Notes under the pieces: generated by a model | Databases searched by the model: none | The model's input: the letters and a program-made list of their open reading frames with translations, nothing else | Told to the model about the DNA's origin: nothing | Translations under genes and position numbers: made by a program | Part shown: positions 8,397-21,968 of the stretch, piece by piece | Layout of the letters: each line of letters opens with the position of its first letter | How positions within the stretch are numbered: position 1 is the first letter of the stretch | Source: Nitrospirota bacterium | GTDB lineage: Bacteria; Nitrospirota; Thermodesulfovibrionia; Thermodesulfovibrionales; JdFR-86 | NCBI GenBank assembly: GCA_963721805.1 | Contig: CAVRJY010000001.1 | Coordinates: forward strand, 1,312,001 to 1,376,000 | Length of the DNA: 64,000 nucleotides | Reading direction: 5' to 3'

Positions 8397-9182
8397 CTAC
8401 TTTCCGAGCACGTCGCTCAGGAACTCGCTTGCCATCTTCCACGACCTCTTGTCCGCCAGGGCGTTGTATGCGGCTCCCTTGGAGTTGTCGGTCCCGGCGC
8501 TCTCGTCAGTGAACGAATGCACCGCGCCTCCGAAGTAAACCATCTGCCAGTCGACGTGCGCGGCCCTGAGCTCGTCCTGAAACGCGGCTATGTCCTTGGG
8601 GGAATTAAACGGGTCGTCGGCCCCGTGCAGGATAAGGATTTTGGCCTTGATGTTCTTGCCGTCTTGCGGGGTGGGGCTGTCAAGCACGCCATGGAAGGTC
8701 ACGACCGCCTTCAGGTCCGCCCCGGAGCGCGTGAGTTCGAGCGCGGTCAGGCCGCCGAAGCAAAACCCGATGGCACCGATCCTTGACTTGTCCACCCCCT
8801 TGAGCGCCCCGATCACGTCGAAGGCCGCCTTCGCATGCCTTCTAAGCAGGGTGCGGTCGGCCTTGAATTTGCCCGAGATCGCCGCGGCCTCGGTGGCGTC
8901 TTTTGGCCTTATCCCATTGCCGTATATGTCAGCTACGAAAACGATGTAGCCCATCTCCGCCAATAGCTTGGCGTGTTTCATCTCGTTGTCCCCCGGGCCC
9001 ATCCATGCATGGAACACGAGCACGGCGGGCCTGCTGCCCTCAAACTTGTCGTCCTTGACGACCTTACCCTCGAACTTCTCGCCGTGGTTCAGGTACTTCA
9101 GCGGCTTTACTATAATCTCGGCAGACGCCGGGACGGCCATGGCCGCTATCAACACAAAAGCTAAGAGTATCCGCATCGTCAT
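8397..9182 (-). CDS. dienelactone hydrolase family protein
   Basis: GFCFGG nucleophile elbow, HGADD, AVHSFT; signal peptide. Confidence 0.92.
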   Translation of the reverse strand: MTMRILLAFVLIAAMAVPASAEIIVKPLKYLNHGEKFEGKVVKDDKFEGSRPAVLVFHAWMGPGDNEMKHAKLLAEMGYIVFVADIYGNGIRPKDATEAAAISGKFKADRTLLRRHAKAAFDVIGALKGVDKSRIGAIGFCFGGLTALELTRSGADLKAVVTFHGVLDSPTPQDGKNIKAKILILHGADDPFNSPKDIAAFQDELRAAHVDWQMVYFGGAVHSFTDESAGTDNSKGAAYNALADKRSWKMASEFLSDVLGK

Positions 9183-9239
9183 TTATGCCTCCTTTATTTT
9201 TAGAAGATAGCGCGGCTGCGCTGAATTGTCAATGCGCAA

Positions 9240-10928
9240 TCACGGCATGCCGGCCCACCTTGCGGCCTCGCGGTTGTGCGGGTCCATCGAGAGGGCCCTG
9301 GCGAAGGCCGCGCGGGCCATGCTCCTGAGCCCGCGCTCGTAGTAGATCTGACCGAGAGAGACGTAGTTGTCCGCGTTTTTCGGGTGCAGCTCGATACTGC
9401 GCGTGACGAGCGATTGCAGCAGTTCCCATATCGAGCTTTTCTCTATCGTCCGCCCGGCCAGGGGCGTGCGCACGAACGCGACGCTGCCGAGGTCCCAATA
9501 GACCGGGCTCCACCCGTCGTCCTTCAGCAGCGCGAGCACGATCGGCGAGACGTTGCCCTTAAACGGTAACAGGGGCCAGAAGACAACGGTGTTGACCTTG
9601 TATTTATCCAGTACGGCCTGCCAGCCGGGCGCGGCGTCGGCCACCGTGTCGTAGTCGTCAAAGGAGTTTCTGCTGTCGATGAACGCGCGGTAATGCGGGT
9701 AAAGGGCCCAGATCATGTAACCGCCCCATTCGTATGGGTGGAAGATGTTTGCGGGGGGCCTGTCCGCCAGGATGAACTCCGCGGTCTTCGAAGGGATCAG
9801 GGTCTCGGGCAGCACTGGCTGCCTGACGATGCTCCGCGGGACCAGCCACAGCGCGATCAGCGCAACGAGCCCGGCGGCGAGCGGGATATGAAGGAGCCTT
9901 GCGCGGACGCGGCCATCCCCCGGCGCGAGGTTCCCGGCAATTATGGCGGTCCCGAACAGCGACAGGAACAGGCCGGCCCTGAACGTGGTCAGGGAGGCGT
10001 ACGCCAGCCCAGCGAAGGCCACCGCATATAGCCAGTCGATGCGCCGTTTTCTTAGCGCCGCCCATACGAACGAGGCCGCGCCGAGGGCAATGAACGCGAG
10101 CATCTCGAAATAGAGGTAGTGCTGCCCGGTGAACTCCGTGAATTCTTTAAGCGGCAGTATCTCGTGGATCGTCGCATGGCCCGTGGCCGCGGTATGGAAT
10201 ATCCCGGCGGCCGTCATATAGGCGGCCGGGCCGTTGGGGTTTAGCGCCGAGCATGCGAGCGCGCCAAGCGCGGCCAGGATGAAAAACCGCTTCTCCCCGC
10301 GCGGGTGGCCGCTGAGGAAAAGCTCCCACGCGGCATAGAGGCATATGATCCCCCCTCCGCTTACGTAGCCCGGATGCATGTTCGACCAGATGAGCATCAT
10401 CGGCAGCAGCCAGAGTATCGGCCTGTACCGCCGCCCGGCGCCCGCCTCGAGCCTCCAGCTTTCGAGCAGGTACAGAGTGGCCGCGAAAAACGCGATAGAG
10501 ACCGTCTGGGGCCTGATCTCGTCAAACTCGGTGCAGATGGCGATCATCGGCAGCATCAGCAGGTAGCTCAGCGGCGGCCTCAGGCCGTGCCTGCCAATGA
10601 GGTGGTGGATGAAACAGAAGGCAGTTACGAAGATCGAGGACTTCAGCGCGATCAGGCCGTAGAAACCGAGGTAATGCTGGACCAGATAGAAGATCACCTG
10701 CGCAAGCCAGAAGGCGCGCAGGACGAATGGCGTGGGGGCGTAAAACGCTATCGAGAAATCGTCCGTCTGGGGGATCGCCATACGCTGCCAGATGAGCTCG
10801 CCGGTCTTGAGGTGCCACCAGACGTCGCCGAGTTCCATCTGGGTCAGGAACGCCAGAGATGCCGCGCTCCAGAAGATGACCGCAGAAAGGCGGGAGACAT
10901 ATGTCCAATTACGCTCGCTAATCATCAC
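9240..10928 (-). CDS. polytopic membrane protein with C-terminal TPR (GT-C-like)
   Basis: DVWWHLKTG, RPQ, WSNMHPG, YEWGGY, FIDSR motifs; many TM helices; terminal TPR. Confidence 0.75.
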   Translation of the reverse strand: MMISERNWTYVSRLSAVIFWSAASLAFLTQMELGDVWWHLKTGELIWQRMAIPQTDDFSIAFYAPTPFVLRAFWLAQVIFYLVQHYLGFYGLIALKSSIFVTAFCFIHHLIGRHGLRPPLSYLLMLPMIAICTEFDEIRPQTVSIAFFAATLYLLESWRLEAGAGRRYRPILWLLPMMLIWSNMHPGYVSGGGIICLYAAWELFLSGHPRGEKRFFILAALGALACSALNPNGPAAYMTAAGIFHTAATGHATIHEILPLKEFTEFTGQHYLYFEMLAFIALGAASFVWAALRKRRIDWLYAVAFAGLAYASLTTFRAGLFLSLFGTAIIAGNLAPGDGRVRARLLHIPLAAGLVALIALWLVPRSIVRQPVLPETLIPSKTAEFILADRPPANIFHPYEWGGYMIWALYPHYRAFIDSRNSFDDYDTVADAAPGWQAVLDKYKVNTVVFWPLLPFKGNVSPIVLALLKDDGWSPVYWDLGSVAFVRTPLAGRTIEKSSIWELLQSLVTRSIELHPKNADNYVSLGQIYYERGLRSMARAAFARALSMDPHNREAARWAGMP

Positions 10929-10970
10929 CGCAAATTATACCAATTCATACGCATTAATCTGCTCACTTTC

Positions 10971-11285
10971 ATGAAAGCGCTCCAAATCGCTTGATACGTC
11001 GTTGGGCATCGAAGACTCGCCCTCTATGTACGTCACAGTACACCATCGGGCGGTCTTCTTGCCCTGCCTTGTCTGAAGCCGATTTGGGCGCGCTTTCGGG
11101 GGGCACGAAAAAAGGTCGCCCCCCGCGCCCCACAAGGTCAACGGCATGATTAGAGGCTTAGCTATATACATAACTTACCGCGCATGCGCGCGCGTATTTT
11201 TTTAGAGAGTTCAAATGAACAAACAAAACATGTCTTAACCCTGCGGATTTCATCGCTTTTTTGGCCGCCCCAGTGTTCATGCGTT
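10971..11285 (-). repeat. structured non-coding repeat, copy B (inverted)
   Basis: Reverse complement shares ordered blocks with 1896-2219. Confidence 0.85.
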
Positions 11286-11490
11286 CAGAAACGCTTTTGA
11301 CCGCTCCATCGGCCTGCTGGCTAGCCTTCCGCGCCCTCAAAAATACCCATCCGAGCATCATGCCGTATTGAAGCACAACGATATATGAAAAAGCGATAAA
11401 CTATGGTTTATATATAAACCGAAGGCTATAGGAAAAATTCATATCCGTGCGTTTTCTACTAACTTTCGACTAACTGAAGTTAATGAACGG

Positions 11491-12417
11491 TCAGAGCCGC
11501 TTCGCATTTTTCCAGAGCATTTGCAGGTGTTTTGGAAGGGTGACGTCGTAGGTCTCATAGCTGCACTTGTAGTCCTTGCATGTGAAGGCCCACCATTTCT
11601 TGGCGCCTCCCTGCTTGTCGAAAAGCTGCAACAGGTGCGGCCCGTTCTTCGATGGCGGGAGCAGCCGGGTCTCGACCTTTGTGTTTTCGGTCAGCCCCTC
11701 GTTCGGAAACGAATATTGGATGAACGTATCGAAATCATCCGGTTTCCCGGAGTAATTGAATTCATATACGTGCTCGCCTCCGGAGAACTCTATGGGAGTC
11801 AGAAATATGTTTGGATCGCACTCGATGCAGCTTGAGTGCCTGACGAAAACGGCCTTCTTTCCCCTGTCCTCGCCGAAATCCGTGATCGCATGGACCGTGC
11901 CGTCGAGGTACGATCCCGCGTACGTGGCCTTATACCTGCCCCCGGCATATTTGAGCTCCCAGAGGCTCAGGTACGGGTATTCGTAGGTCTTGCTTATCTC
12001 GGCATACCCGACCACCAAATCCGGCACGCCGTCTCCGTCGAGGTCCGAGACGTAGAAGGCGAGGTTGTCCTGCTTGAGCGTCGGCGCAAGCCCGGCAATT
12101 GCCTGCCTCAGTTCGCCTATGGCCCTCTTGTTGCATACGTTGGAGTAGAGGTTGAACCTCCAGTCGCTCGTAGGCTTAAACGTAGGGCGGGCCTTCCATA
12201 CGAGGACCGAGCCGATGACGCACTGTTTGACCGAGGCCGTCCTCATCGCCGAGGCTGCGATGTTTCGCAGCCTCGCGTGCACAGAGGGGTCCTGGACCGT
12301 GAAGGGCGAGTTTTCCCTGTAGTTCGGCGCATCGGATAAGAGCTTCCCGATCTGCAGCGCGCCCGCGTTAGCCGGGATCAGCAGGCTGACAAGGACTATA
12401 ACCATAAAATACCGCAT
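11491..12417 (-). CDS. exported hypothetical protein
   Basis: Signal peptide; DLDGDGVPDLVVG Ca-binding-like loop; paired Cys. Confidence 0.7.
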   Translation of the reverse strand: MRYFMVIVLVSLLIPANAGALQIGKLLSDAPNYRENSPFTVQDPSVHARLRNIAASAMRTASVKQCVIGSVLVWKARPTFKPTSDWRFNLYSNVCNKRAIGELRQAIAGLAPTLKQDNLAFYVSDLDGDGVPDLVVGYAEISKTYEYPYLSLWELKYAGGRYKATYAGSYLDGTVHAITDFGEDRGKKAVFVRHSSCIECDPNIFLTPIEFSGGEHVYEFNYSGKPDDFDTFIQYSFPNEGLTENTKVETRLLPPSKNGPHLLQLFDKQGGAKKWWAFTCKDYKCSYETYDVTLPKHLQMLWKNAKRL

Positions 12418-12671
12418 TGTGCCTCCTGATTATCATGGTCAGTCGTTAATAAATTATATCACCTCCCCGATGCTTATGCGCCTATATCGACAAGTATTTT
12501 CAACCGGCCGGGGAAAATTTAAAGTAAAACATCATAAGTCAAATTAAATTACAATGAAATATATGTATTATTTCTAATCTAATGCCCCTATGTGGTCGTC
12601 CATTCGCCGTGGCGCGCCCCGCCCTTGCGCCACTAACCATAGTTATTATCCTTATGCTAGAATAACGGGTT

Positions 12672-13409
12672 ATGGAAAAACGATTACAGAAGATACTCGC
12701 GGAGATGGGCGTGGCCTCTAGGCGCCACGCGGAGGAGATTATCGAGGAAGGCCGCGTGACCGTAAACGGCGCGGTCGCCACTATCGGGATGAAGGCCGAC
12801 ACCGAGCGCGACCACATCAAGCTTGACGGAAAGCTCTTAAACAAGGTCGAGCCCAAGGTCTACTACGCTTTCCACAAGCCGGCCGGGGTCGTGACCTCGG
12901 TCTCGGACCCGGAGGGCAGGCCGACGGTCATGGACTACCTGGGCAAGATCAAATACCGCGTCTATCCGGTCGGGAGGCTCGACTTCGACTCCGAGGGTCT
13001 GCTGCTGATCACGAACGACGGCGAGTTCGCCCACGCGGTGCTGCACCCGACGCACAAGCTCCCCAAGCTCTACATGGTCAAGGTCAAGGGGCTGGTCGAG
13101 GACGATGACGTCTTAAAGCTCAGCCGGGGCATCAAGCTCGACGACGGCGTCACGGCCCCGGCCAAGGTCAAAAAGCTAAGAAAATTTCAGGAGAACTCCT
13201 GGATCGAGGTCACCCTCTATGAGGGCAAGAAACGGCAGATACGGCGAATGCTTAACAAAGTAGGCCACCCGGTCATCAGGCTCAAGCGCATTGCTGTCGG
13301 GCCGATAGCGCTCGGCGAACTCGCGCCCGGAGGGCTCCGGCCCCTGAGGGCGGAGGACGTCCGCGCGGTGCTCAAGTGGGCGGCCGCTGGCGAGAAGGAG
13401 GCTAAATGA
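12672..13409 (+). CDS. rluB: 23S rRNA pseudouridine synthase (RluB/RsuA family)
   Basis: S4 domain [32 protein letters not shown]. Confidence 0.9.
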   Translation: MEKRLQKILAEMGVASRRHAEEIIEEGRVTVNGAVATIGMKADTERDHIKLDGKLLNKVEPKVYYAFHKPAGVVTSVSDPEGRPTVMDYLGKIKYRVYPVGRLDFDSEGLLLITNDGEFAHAVLHPTHKLPKLYMVKVKGLVEDDDVLKLSRGIKLDDGVTAPAKVKKLRKFQENSWIEVTLYEGKKRQIRRMLNKVGHPVIRLKRIAVGPIALGELAPGGLRPLRAEDVRAVLKWAAAGEKEAK

Positions 13410-15194
13410 GGCGCGACATGGGATGCGGCGATGTGCGTGAGACCGCGATAGGCAGGGAGCTTGCGGTCTCGGGCTGGGTGTTTCGGAGGCGCGACCACGG
13501 CGGACTGATATTCGTTGACCTCCGCGACCGGAGCGGGCTTCTGCAGGTCGTCTTCAGCCCCGATGTCTCGGCCGAGGCGCACGCGCTCGCGCATGACCTT
13601 AGATCCGAGTTCGTGATAAGCGTCATCGGCGAAGTCCGCCACCGCCCCGAGGGCACGGTGAACGCCGAGCTCCCGACCGGCGCGGTCGAACTCTACGCCA
13701 GCCAGCTAGTAGTGCTCAACCGCTCGGCCGCGCTCCCGTTCATGGTCGAGGACGCCGGGGATACCTCCGAGGCGCTTCGGCTCAAGCACCGCTACCTCGA
13801 CCTCCGCCGCCCCGAGATGCAGCACAACCTGATACTCCGCCACCGCAGCGTCAAGGCGATGCGCGACTACCTCGACGAGCGCGGGTTCATCGAGATCGAG
13901 ACCCCGATGCTCACAAAGAGCACCCCGGAGGGCGCGCGCGACTATCTCGTACCGAGCCGGCTGAACCCCGGACTGTTTTATGCGCTGCCGCAGTCCCCGC
14001 AGCTTTTCAAGCAAATTCTCATGGCCTCCGGGATCGAGAAATACGTACAGGTCGTCAAGTGCTTCCGCGACGAGGACCTCCGCGCCGACCGCCAGCCCGA
14101 GTTCACGCAGGTCGACCTCGAGATGTCGTTTATAGACCGCGAGGACATCATCACCCTGATCGAGGGGATGATGAAGGAGCTGTTCAAGCGCGTGCTCGAC
14201 GTCGATGTCGCAGACGCCGTTTCTGCGTCTTTCGCACAAAGACGCGATGGAGCGCTTTGGCTCTGACAAGCCTGACATGCGCTTCGGCATCGAGCTTTGC
14301 GAGATGGCCGATCTCGCGGCTCAGGGCACGTTCAAGGTATTCCTCGACGCTATAAACTCCGGCGGCCGCGTTAAGGCGATACTCGGAAAGGGCATGGCCG
14401 GGATGTCGCGCAAAGAGGTCGACCTGCTCACGCAGGAGGCCCAGGGCTTCGGGGCCAAGGGCCTGGCCTGGATAAAGGTCAAAGACGGCGGTTTCGACTC
14501 GCCGATAGCGAAGTTCTTCCCCCCCGAGACGCTCGGCGCGATGGCCGCGAGGCTCGACGCTAAGGACGGGGATATCATGCTCTATATAGCGGACCGCGAG
14601 GCGGTCGTGCTCGACGTCCTCGGCCGCATGAGGCTCGAGCTCGCGAAGCGCCTCAATATGGTTAGCGAGGGTTTTAATTTCCTCTGGGTCGTTGACTTCC
14701 CGCTTCTCGAGTGGGACGATGAGGAGGGCCGGTTTAACGCGATGCACCACCCCTTCACCTCCCCGCGCGACGAGGATGTGGCGGCAATGATGGCAGGTAG
14801 CGTTACCGATAAATCGGCGCTTGGCGCCCTTCAGGCCAAGGCCTATGACATCGTGCTTAACGGCTTCGAGATCGGCGGCGGGAGCATCCGCATACACCGC
14901 CCCGAGGTGCAGGAGAAGATGTTCGAGCTTCTGGGGATCGGCGAGGAGGACGCGCGCGTGAAGTTCGGGTTCCTCCTGGACGCGCTTCAGTACGGCGCTC
15001 CGCCGCACGGGGGCCTCGCGCTCGGGCTCGACAGGCTTATGATGCTCATGGTCGGGGCGCAGTCGATCCGCGACGTGATCGCGTTTCCCAAGACGCAGAA
15101 GGCCGCGTGCATGATGAGCGGCGCGCCTTCCAACGTATCCGAAAAGCAGCTGCGCGAGCTCCACATAAAGCTCGACGTGGTCACGGAGGAATAA
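13406..15194 (+). CDS. aspS: aspartate-tRNA ligase (frameshift ~14210)
   Basis: [47 protein letters not shown]; two overlapping ORFs. Confidence 0.95.
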
Positions 15195-15725
15195 TGCACG
15201 AGATCCATGGCACCACGATAGTTTGCATAAGGCGCGACGGCAAGGTCGCGATGGCCGGAGACGGCCAGGTCACGATGGGCTCGACCGTGCTTAAGCAAAA
15301 CGCGCGCAAGGTGCGCCGGATGTACAACGACAAGCTGATTGCAGGTTTCTCGGGCGCGACGGCCGACGCCTTCACGCTCTTTGAGAGGTTCGAGGCCAAG
15401 CTCGAGACGTTCAGCGGCAACATCAGGCGCGCTGCGGTGGAGCTCGCAAAGGACTGGCGCACGGACAAGATGCTCCGCAGGCTCGAGGCGCTCCTGATCA
15501 TCGCGGACGCGGAACTCACGTTCATCCTCTCCGGCACCGGGGACGTGATCGAGCCCGAGCGCGGCATCGCCGCGATAGGCTCGGGCGGGCCGTTTGCGCA
15601 GGCCGCGGCACGCGCGCTCCTGGATAACACAAACCTCTCCGCGCACGAAATCGCGCTTAAGTCCATGGAGATAGCGGCCGAGATCTGCATATATACCAAT
15701 AATTCGTTTACGGTGGAGGAGTTAG

Positions 15726-15733
<8 letters not shown>
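15194..15733 (+). CDS. hslV: HslV protease subunit
   Basis: HGTTIV, AGDGQVT, AIGSGG, ICIYTN. Confidence 0.96.
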
Positions 15734-17043
<1,310 letters not shown>

Positions 17044-17072
<29 letters not shown>

Positions 17073-17730
17073 GGCCATCCGCGCGGCGGCGGTCGCACTC
17101 TGCATCGCCGTGGCGGCGGGCTGCGCCGGCCGCCAGCGCTACGACGACTCGTGGACTAGCGGCTATATGGTCGCCTCGTGGTACGGCCCTGACTTCCACG
17201 GCAAGCTCACAGCATCGGGCGAGCGGTATGACATGGACGGCCTGACCTGCGCGCACAAGAGCTTTCCGTTCGGCACGCGGCTTAAGGTGACGAACGTCTC
17301 GACCGGGCAGTCGGCCGAGGTGATCGTGAACGACCGTGGGCCATTCGTCGGAGGCCGCGACCTGGACCTCTCGCGCGGAGCGGCCAAGGCGGTCGGGCTC
17401 TACGGGCCGGGCACCGGAAAGGTCAGCGTAGTGAGGCTCGGGCGCGACGAGCGCTACAGGAAATACCTGTCCGAGCCCGCGGGCAGGCTGGCCGGGCCGT
17501 ATACCGTGCAGGTCGGGGCGTTTGCTGATAGCGATAACGCGGTTCATTTCAGGATGAGCCTCGAACTCACGCACCAGGACGTGCATATGACAGAGAAATG
17601 GATAGGCGGAAAGAAGCTCTACAGGGTGCGAGTCGGCAGGTTCCAGAGCGAGGCCGGGGCCCGCACGCTTGCACGCTCGCTCGCTGACGAAGGCTATAAT
17701 GTAATGCTTGCTACGTATGACCCAGCTTGA
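17044..17730 (+). CDS. rlpA: RlpA lipoprotein with SPOR domain
   Basis: Lipobox AAGC, ASWYG, VNDRGPF, SPOR VQVGAF. Confidence 0.9.
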
Positions 17731-18786
17731 CCGCATAAGGAAGAAGATCGCCGCGGGCCGCAGGCTCGACGGGCAGGATGCGCTCGAGCTCTTCTCGACC
17801 GCCGACATCCATTCGCTCGGCGAGCTCGCGTCCGAGGCCGCCCGCCGCATAAACGGCAACCGCGCGTACTACGTCCGCAACCTCCACGTAAACCCCTCAA
17901 ACCTCTGCGTCAACAGGTGCAGGTTCTGCGCCTTCAGCCGCTCCGAGGGCGAGGAGGGCGCATACGAATTCGATAACAACGAAATCATAAAACGCATACG
18001 CAAGGCAGGGCCGATCTCTGAGGTCCATATCGTAGGCGGCCTGCACCCGAGCTGGCCCTTCGAGCATTATGACGAAGCTCCTAAGCCGTATCACGCAAGG
18101 CCTTCCCGGCCCTGCACATAAAGGCATTCACCGCGACAGAGATCGACTACTTCAGCCGCATAAGCGGCCTCTCGATAGAGGACGTGCTGCTGAGGCTCAA
18201 GGCCTGCGGGGCTCGATTCGATGCCCGGCGGCGGGGCCGAGATATTCTCTTTGGACGTGCGTAACGCGCTCTGTCCCGAGAAGCTCTCAAGCGAGGGCTG
18301 GCTCGCTGTGATGCGCACCGCGCACGGTCTGGGTATCAAGAGCAACGCGACGATGCTCTACGGCCATACCGAGAGCCCCAGCCACCGCGTTGAACATCTC
18401 ATGCGGCTGCGCAGCCTTGCAGGACGAGACCGGAGGGTTTCAGGCCTTCATCCCGCTTGCCTACCACCCGCATAACACCGAATTAGGAGGCTCGGTCGGC
18501 TCGCGGACTCGATGACCTGCGCACTACCGCTGTCAGCCGCCTCGTGCTGGATAATTTCAGGCACATCAAGGCCTACTGGGTGATGCTCGGCCCTAAGCTC
18601 TCTCAACTGGCTTTATTGTTCGGAGCGGACGACCTCGACGGCACGGTCATAGACGAGCGCATCACGCTCGCGGCCGGGGGCAAGAGCGGGCAGGGCATCA
18701 CGGCCGATACGCTCGTGAACCTGATCAAGCGCGCCGGGCGCAGGCCGGTCGAGCGGGACTCCTACTATAAGGCGGTGAAGCGCTGA
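17717..18786 (+). CDS. mqnE: aminofutalosine synthase, radical SAM (several frameshifts)
   Basis: CVNRCRFC, EVHIVGGLHP, PGGGAEIF, SNATMLYGH, HIKAYWVM. Confidence 0.85.
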
Positions 18787-19875
18787 TGGCATTCGGCCGC
18801 ATCGACAGGGACGACGCGCTGGAGCTGCTGAAGTACGGCGAGCTCCTGAACCTCGGCCGGGGGGCTGACCTGATGCGCCGCGCCCTGCACCCCGAGGGGA
18901 TCGTGACGTTCGTGATCGACCGCAACATCAACTATACGAACGTCTGCATCAACAAGTGCAAGTTCTGCGCGTTCTGGCGCGAGGAGGCGCAAGAGGGCGG
19001 CTACGTCCTCGGGCGCGACGAGCTGTTTAAAAAGATAGAGGAGACGATCGCGCTCGGCGGCACCCAGATACTGATGCAGGGCGGGATCAACCCCTGCGCT
19101 CGGTATCGATTATTACATCGACCTCCTGCGCTCGATCAAGGGCCGCTTCAAGATAAACATACACGGGTTCTCCCCGCCCGAGGTCGTCCATATCGCCTCA
19201 CAGCTGCCGGTCTGAGCGTGCGCGATACGATCATAGCTGAACTCAGGCGCGCCGGGCTCGACTCGATCCCCGGCGGCGGGGCCGAGCTGCTAAGCGACCG
19301 CGTGCGCAAGCGCATCAGCCCGAACAAGATACGCACCGACGAGTGGCTGGTGTCATGCGCGAGGCCCATCGTTCGGTATGCGCACGACAGCTACGATGAT
19401 GTTCGGCATAGGCGAGAAGCCCGCTGATATCATCGAGCACCTCGACCGCATACGCACGCTTCAGGACGAGACCGGCGGGTTTACGGCCTTCATCCCGTGG
19501 CCCTTCCAGCCCGGCAATACCGCATACGAGGGCAAGATCGAGACCGCGACCGCGGCCGAATACCTGCGCGTGCTCGCGGTATCGAGGCTGTATCTGGACA
19601 ACGTCCATAACGTGCAGGCCTCGTGGGTGACGCAGGGGCTGAAGGTCGCGGAGGTCGCGCTCCGCTTCGGCGCGAACGATCTGGGCTCGACTATGATAGA
19701 GGAAAACGTAGTGGCCTCCACCGGCGTCAGCAACAGCGTCACGATGGACGAGATGGTCGCCGCGATTCACGCCGCCGGCTTCCGCGCGGCCCAGCGCGAT
19801 ACGCTCTACAATCTGCTTAGGGAGTTCCTCGCAAGGAGGATGGATAGATGCCCGATACGCTTTATGACGTGGTGA
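18786..19875 (+). CDS. mqnC: cyclic dehypoxanthinyl futalosine synthase (frameshifted; end approximate)
   Basis: DRNINYTNVC...CKFC, GGTQILMQGG, TTATMMFG, NVQASWVTQG, GSTMIEENVV. Confidence 0.85.
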
Positions 19876-20809
19876 TAATCGGCGGCGGCCCGGCCGGGCT
19901 CGCGGCCGCGCAGTATGCGGCTCGCGCGAGGATGAAGACGGTCGTGCTCGACAAATCCAAAACCGCCGGGGCGCTCGCGTTCGCCGGGGAAGATCGAGAA
20001 CTACCCCGGTCTCGTCCCGCCGCTTCCGGGCAAGGAGCTGCTCGACGTGTTCCGCAGCTCAGGCCATCGAGTTCGGGGCCGAGTATGTGGACGACGCGCA
20101 GGTCGTGGGCGTGAGCGTCGAGGGCGAGGCCAAAGAGGTCTTCACGATGGCGGACTCCTATAAGGGCAAGACCCTGATTATCGCGACCGGCTCGATGGGC
20201 CGGAAGGCCACGATCAAGGGCGAGGCCGAGCTGCTTGGGCAAGGGCGTGAGCTACTGCGCGATATGCGACGCGGCGTTCTTTAGGGGCAAGACCGTATGC
20301 GTGCTCGGCGACTCGGAAGAGGCGGTCAAGGAGGCCGGGCTGCTCACGCGGTTCGCGCCTACGGTGTATCTGATTGCTCCTTCGCAGAAATTGAAAGCCC
20401 CGGAGGACCACCCCGCGCTCGAGGCCGAGAACCTCACCGTACTCTTGGGCCGCACAGTGACGCGACATCAGCGGGTGCGGACTCGGTGGAGTCGGTGCTC
20501 ACCGTGGATAAGGACGGCAACGAGGAATGCATCGAGCTCGACGGCGTGTTCGTATACATACAGGGCTCGAAGCCGATAGTGGACTATCTGGGCGAGACCG
20601 TCAAGCTCGGCGAGAGCGGCTGCATCGAGACCGACCGGTACATGGCGACCAGCGTGCCGGGCGTGTACGCGGCCGGCGACGTGACGTGCACCGAGGTCCG
20701 GCAGGTCGTGATCGCGGCGGCCGACGGTGCGATGGCCGCGCTCTCGGCCGAGAAGTTCGTCCACGGCAAGAAGCGCCTGAAGGCCGACTGGTCAAAGTCA
20801 GGCGAGTAG
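19848..20809 (+). CDS. trxB: thioredoxin reductase-like flavoprotein (frameshifted)
   Basis: GGGPAG, GVSYCAICD, TSVPGVYAAGD. Confidence 0.8.
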
Positions 20810-20830
20810 CAGGCTGAAGTTACGCGAATT

Positions 20831-20864
20831 AAAAAGGGGATGCCCTTTCGGGCATCCCCTTTTT
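20831..20864. terminator. bidirectional intrinsic terminator
   Basis: aaaaaggggatgccc-tttc-gggcatccccttttt between convergent genes. Confidence 0.9.
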
Positions 20865-20883
20865 GTTTTAGCGGGAAGCGAGC

Positions 20884-21132
20884 TTACTTCTTCTCGATGA
20901 ACAGCTCCCAATATCCCTTGTCCTCGAGCTTCTTGGACTCGAACGCGTAGCCCTGCTTCTCTGCCCAGCGCGGCAGGGAGTCCTCGGCCGAGGCCGGGGC
21001 GTCGCAGAGGACCTTCAGCATCTGACCGGAGGCCATCTTCTCCATGGTCTTTTTCGAGAGCACGAGCGGGTAGGGACAGACCCTCCCGAGTACGTCCAGC
21101 GTCTGATCCGGAGCCTTATCGCTTAATGCCAT
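20884..21132 (-). CDS. tusA: TusA-family sulfur carrier
   Basis: LDVLGRVCPYP (CPxP). Confidence 0.9.
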   Translation of the reverse strand: MALSDKAPDQTLDVLGRVCPYPLVLSKKTMEKMASGQMLKVLCDAPASAEDSLPRWAEKQGYAFESKKLEDKGYWELFIEKK

Positions 21133-21166
21133 AATTAAAAGTCCTCCCTGAGGTTTTTATTGTTTG

Positions 21167-21581
21167 CTAAAAGACCAGGACGTGCTTCGAGCCGTCCATG
21201 AGTTCCTGTATCTTCGAGAACGGGACGACGTTGATCGTCTTGTCCGCGCCCATCTCCTCGGCGCTCGGCATGGCGTCGGCCGGTATGCCGTACTTGTCGA
21301 GGTCTTCCTTGCAGACGTAGACGTCGAGGTCCACGAGCAGGGTGTTCTTCATGTGGTTCTCGGTGCTGGTGATGCCGTAGGTGCCCATCGCGTCCTGGCC
21401 CTTAGTCGAGGCCGAGCACTCCCTCGCCCATGAAGCAGAGGGCCGGGGTGACCATGTCGCCGTCTTCGAGGTATACGTCGACGGTCTGGTATGCTATGGC
21501 GTGCGTGATGGCGAGGCGCGAGGTCTCGCCCTTGTACTGCGGCTTGGTCACGAGGAACGTGAGTTTGACTTCACTTGCCAT
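21167..21581 (-). CDS. DsrF/TusC-like protein (frameshifted)
   Basis: Manual start MASEVKLTFLVTKP..., FMGEGV, VYVCKEDL. Confidence 0.65.
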
Positions 21582-21584
21582 GGG

Positions 21585-21951
21585 CTACTCGCCTCCTATA
21601 TGCAAGACACGGTCGGAACCATGGATCTTGACGAGATACCAGGTCATCGAACTCCACTGCGACGCCTTCGATCCCTTCGCCGCGCTTCTTGTCGATGCCG
21701 CGTGCGACGGTGCAGGCCTCGCAGGTGCAGATCTCCACGCCCTTCGCAAGCAGGGCCTTCAGGTGGGTCTCACCGGTGGAGTAGTCCTTCAGGTGCTTCT
21801 GCTGACTCTTAACGGAGCCGGTTGCGTTGCCCGAAAACCAGATGTTGACCTTGTGGCCCTTATCCGCGGCGGCGCCGGCGAGCTTCAGGGCGAAGTCGTA
21901 GGACATGTTGCCCACGAGGCCCGGATAGCATCCCATCGTCAATGTTCCCAT
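21585..21951 (-). CDS. DsrE/TusD-like protein (frameshift near C-terminus)
   Basis: AAADKGHKVNIWFSGNA, ICTCEACTVARG. Confidence 0.75.
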
Positions 21952-21968
21952 CTAAGATACCCCTCCTA

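Noticed and set aside
10935..11171. 78 aa ORF similar to part of ORF 1823
   Set aside because: The similarity comes from the DNA repeat; the copies differ by indels and share no common start
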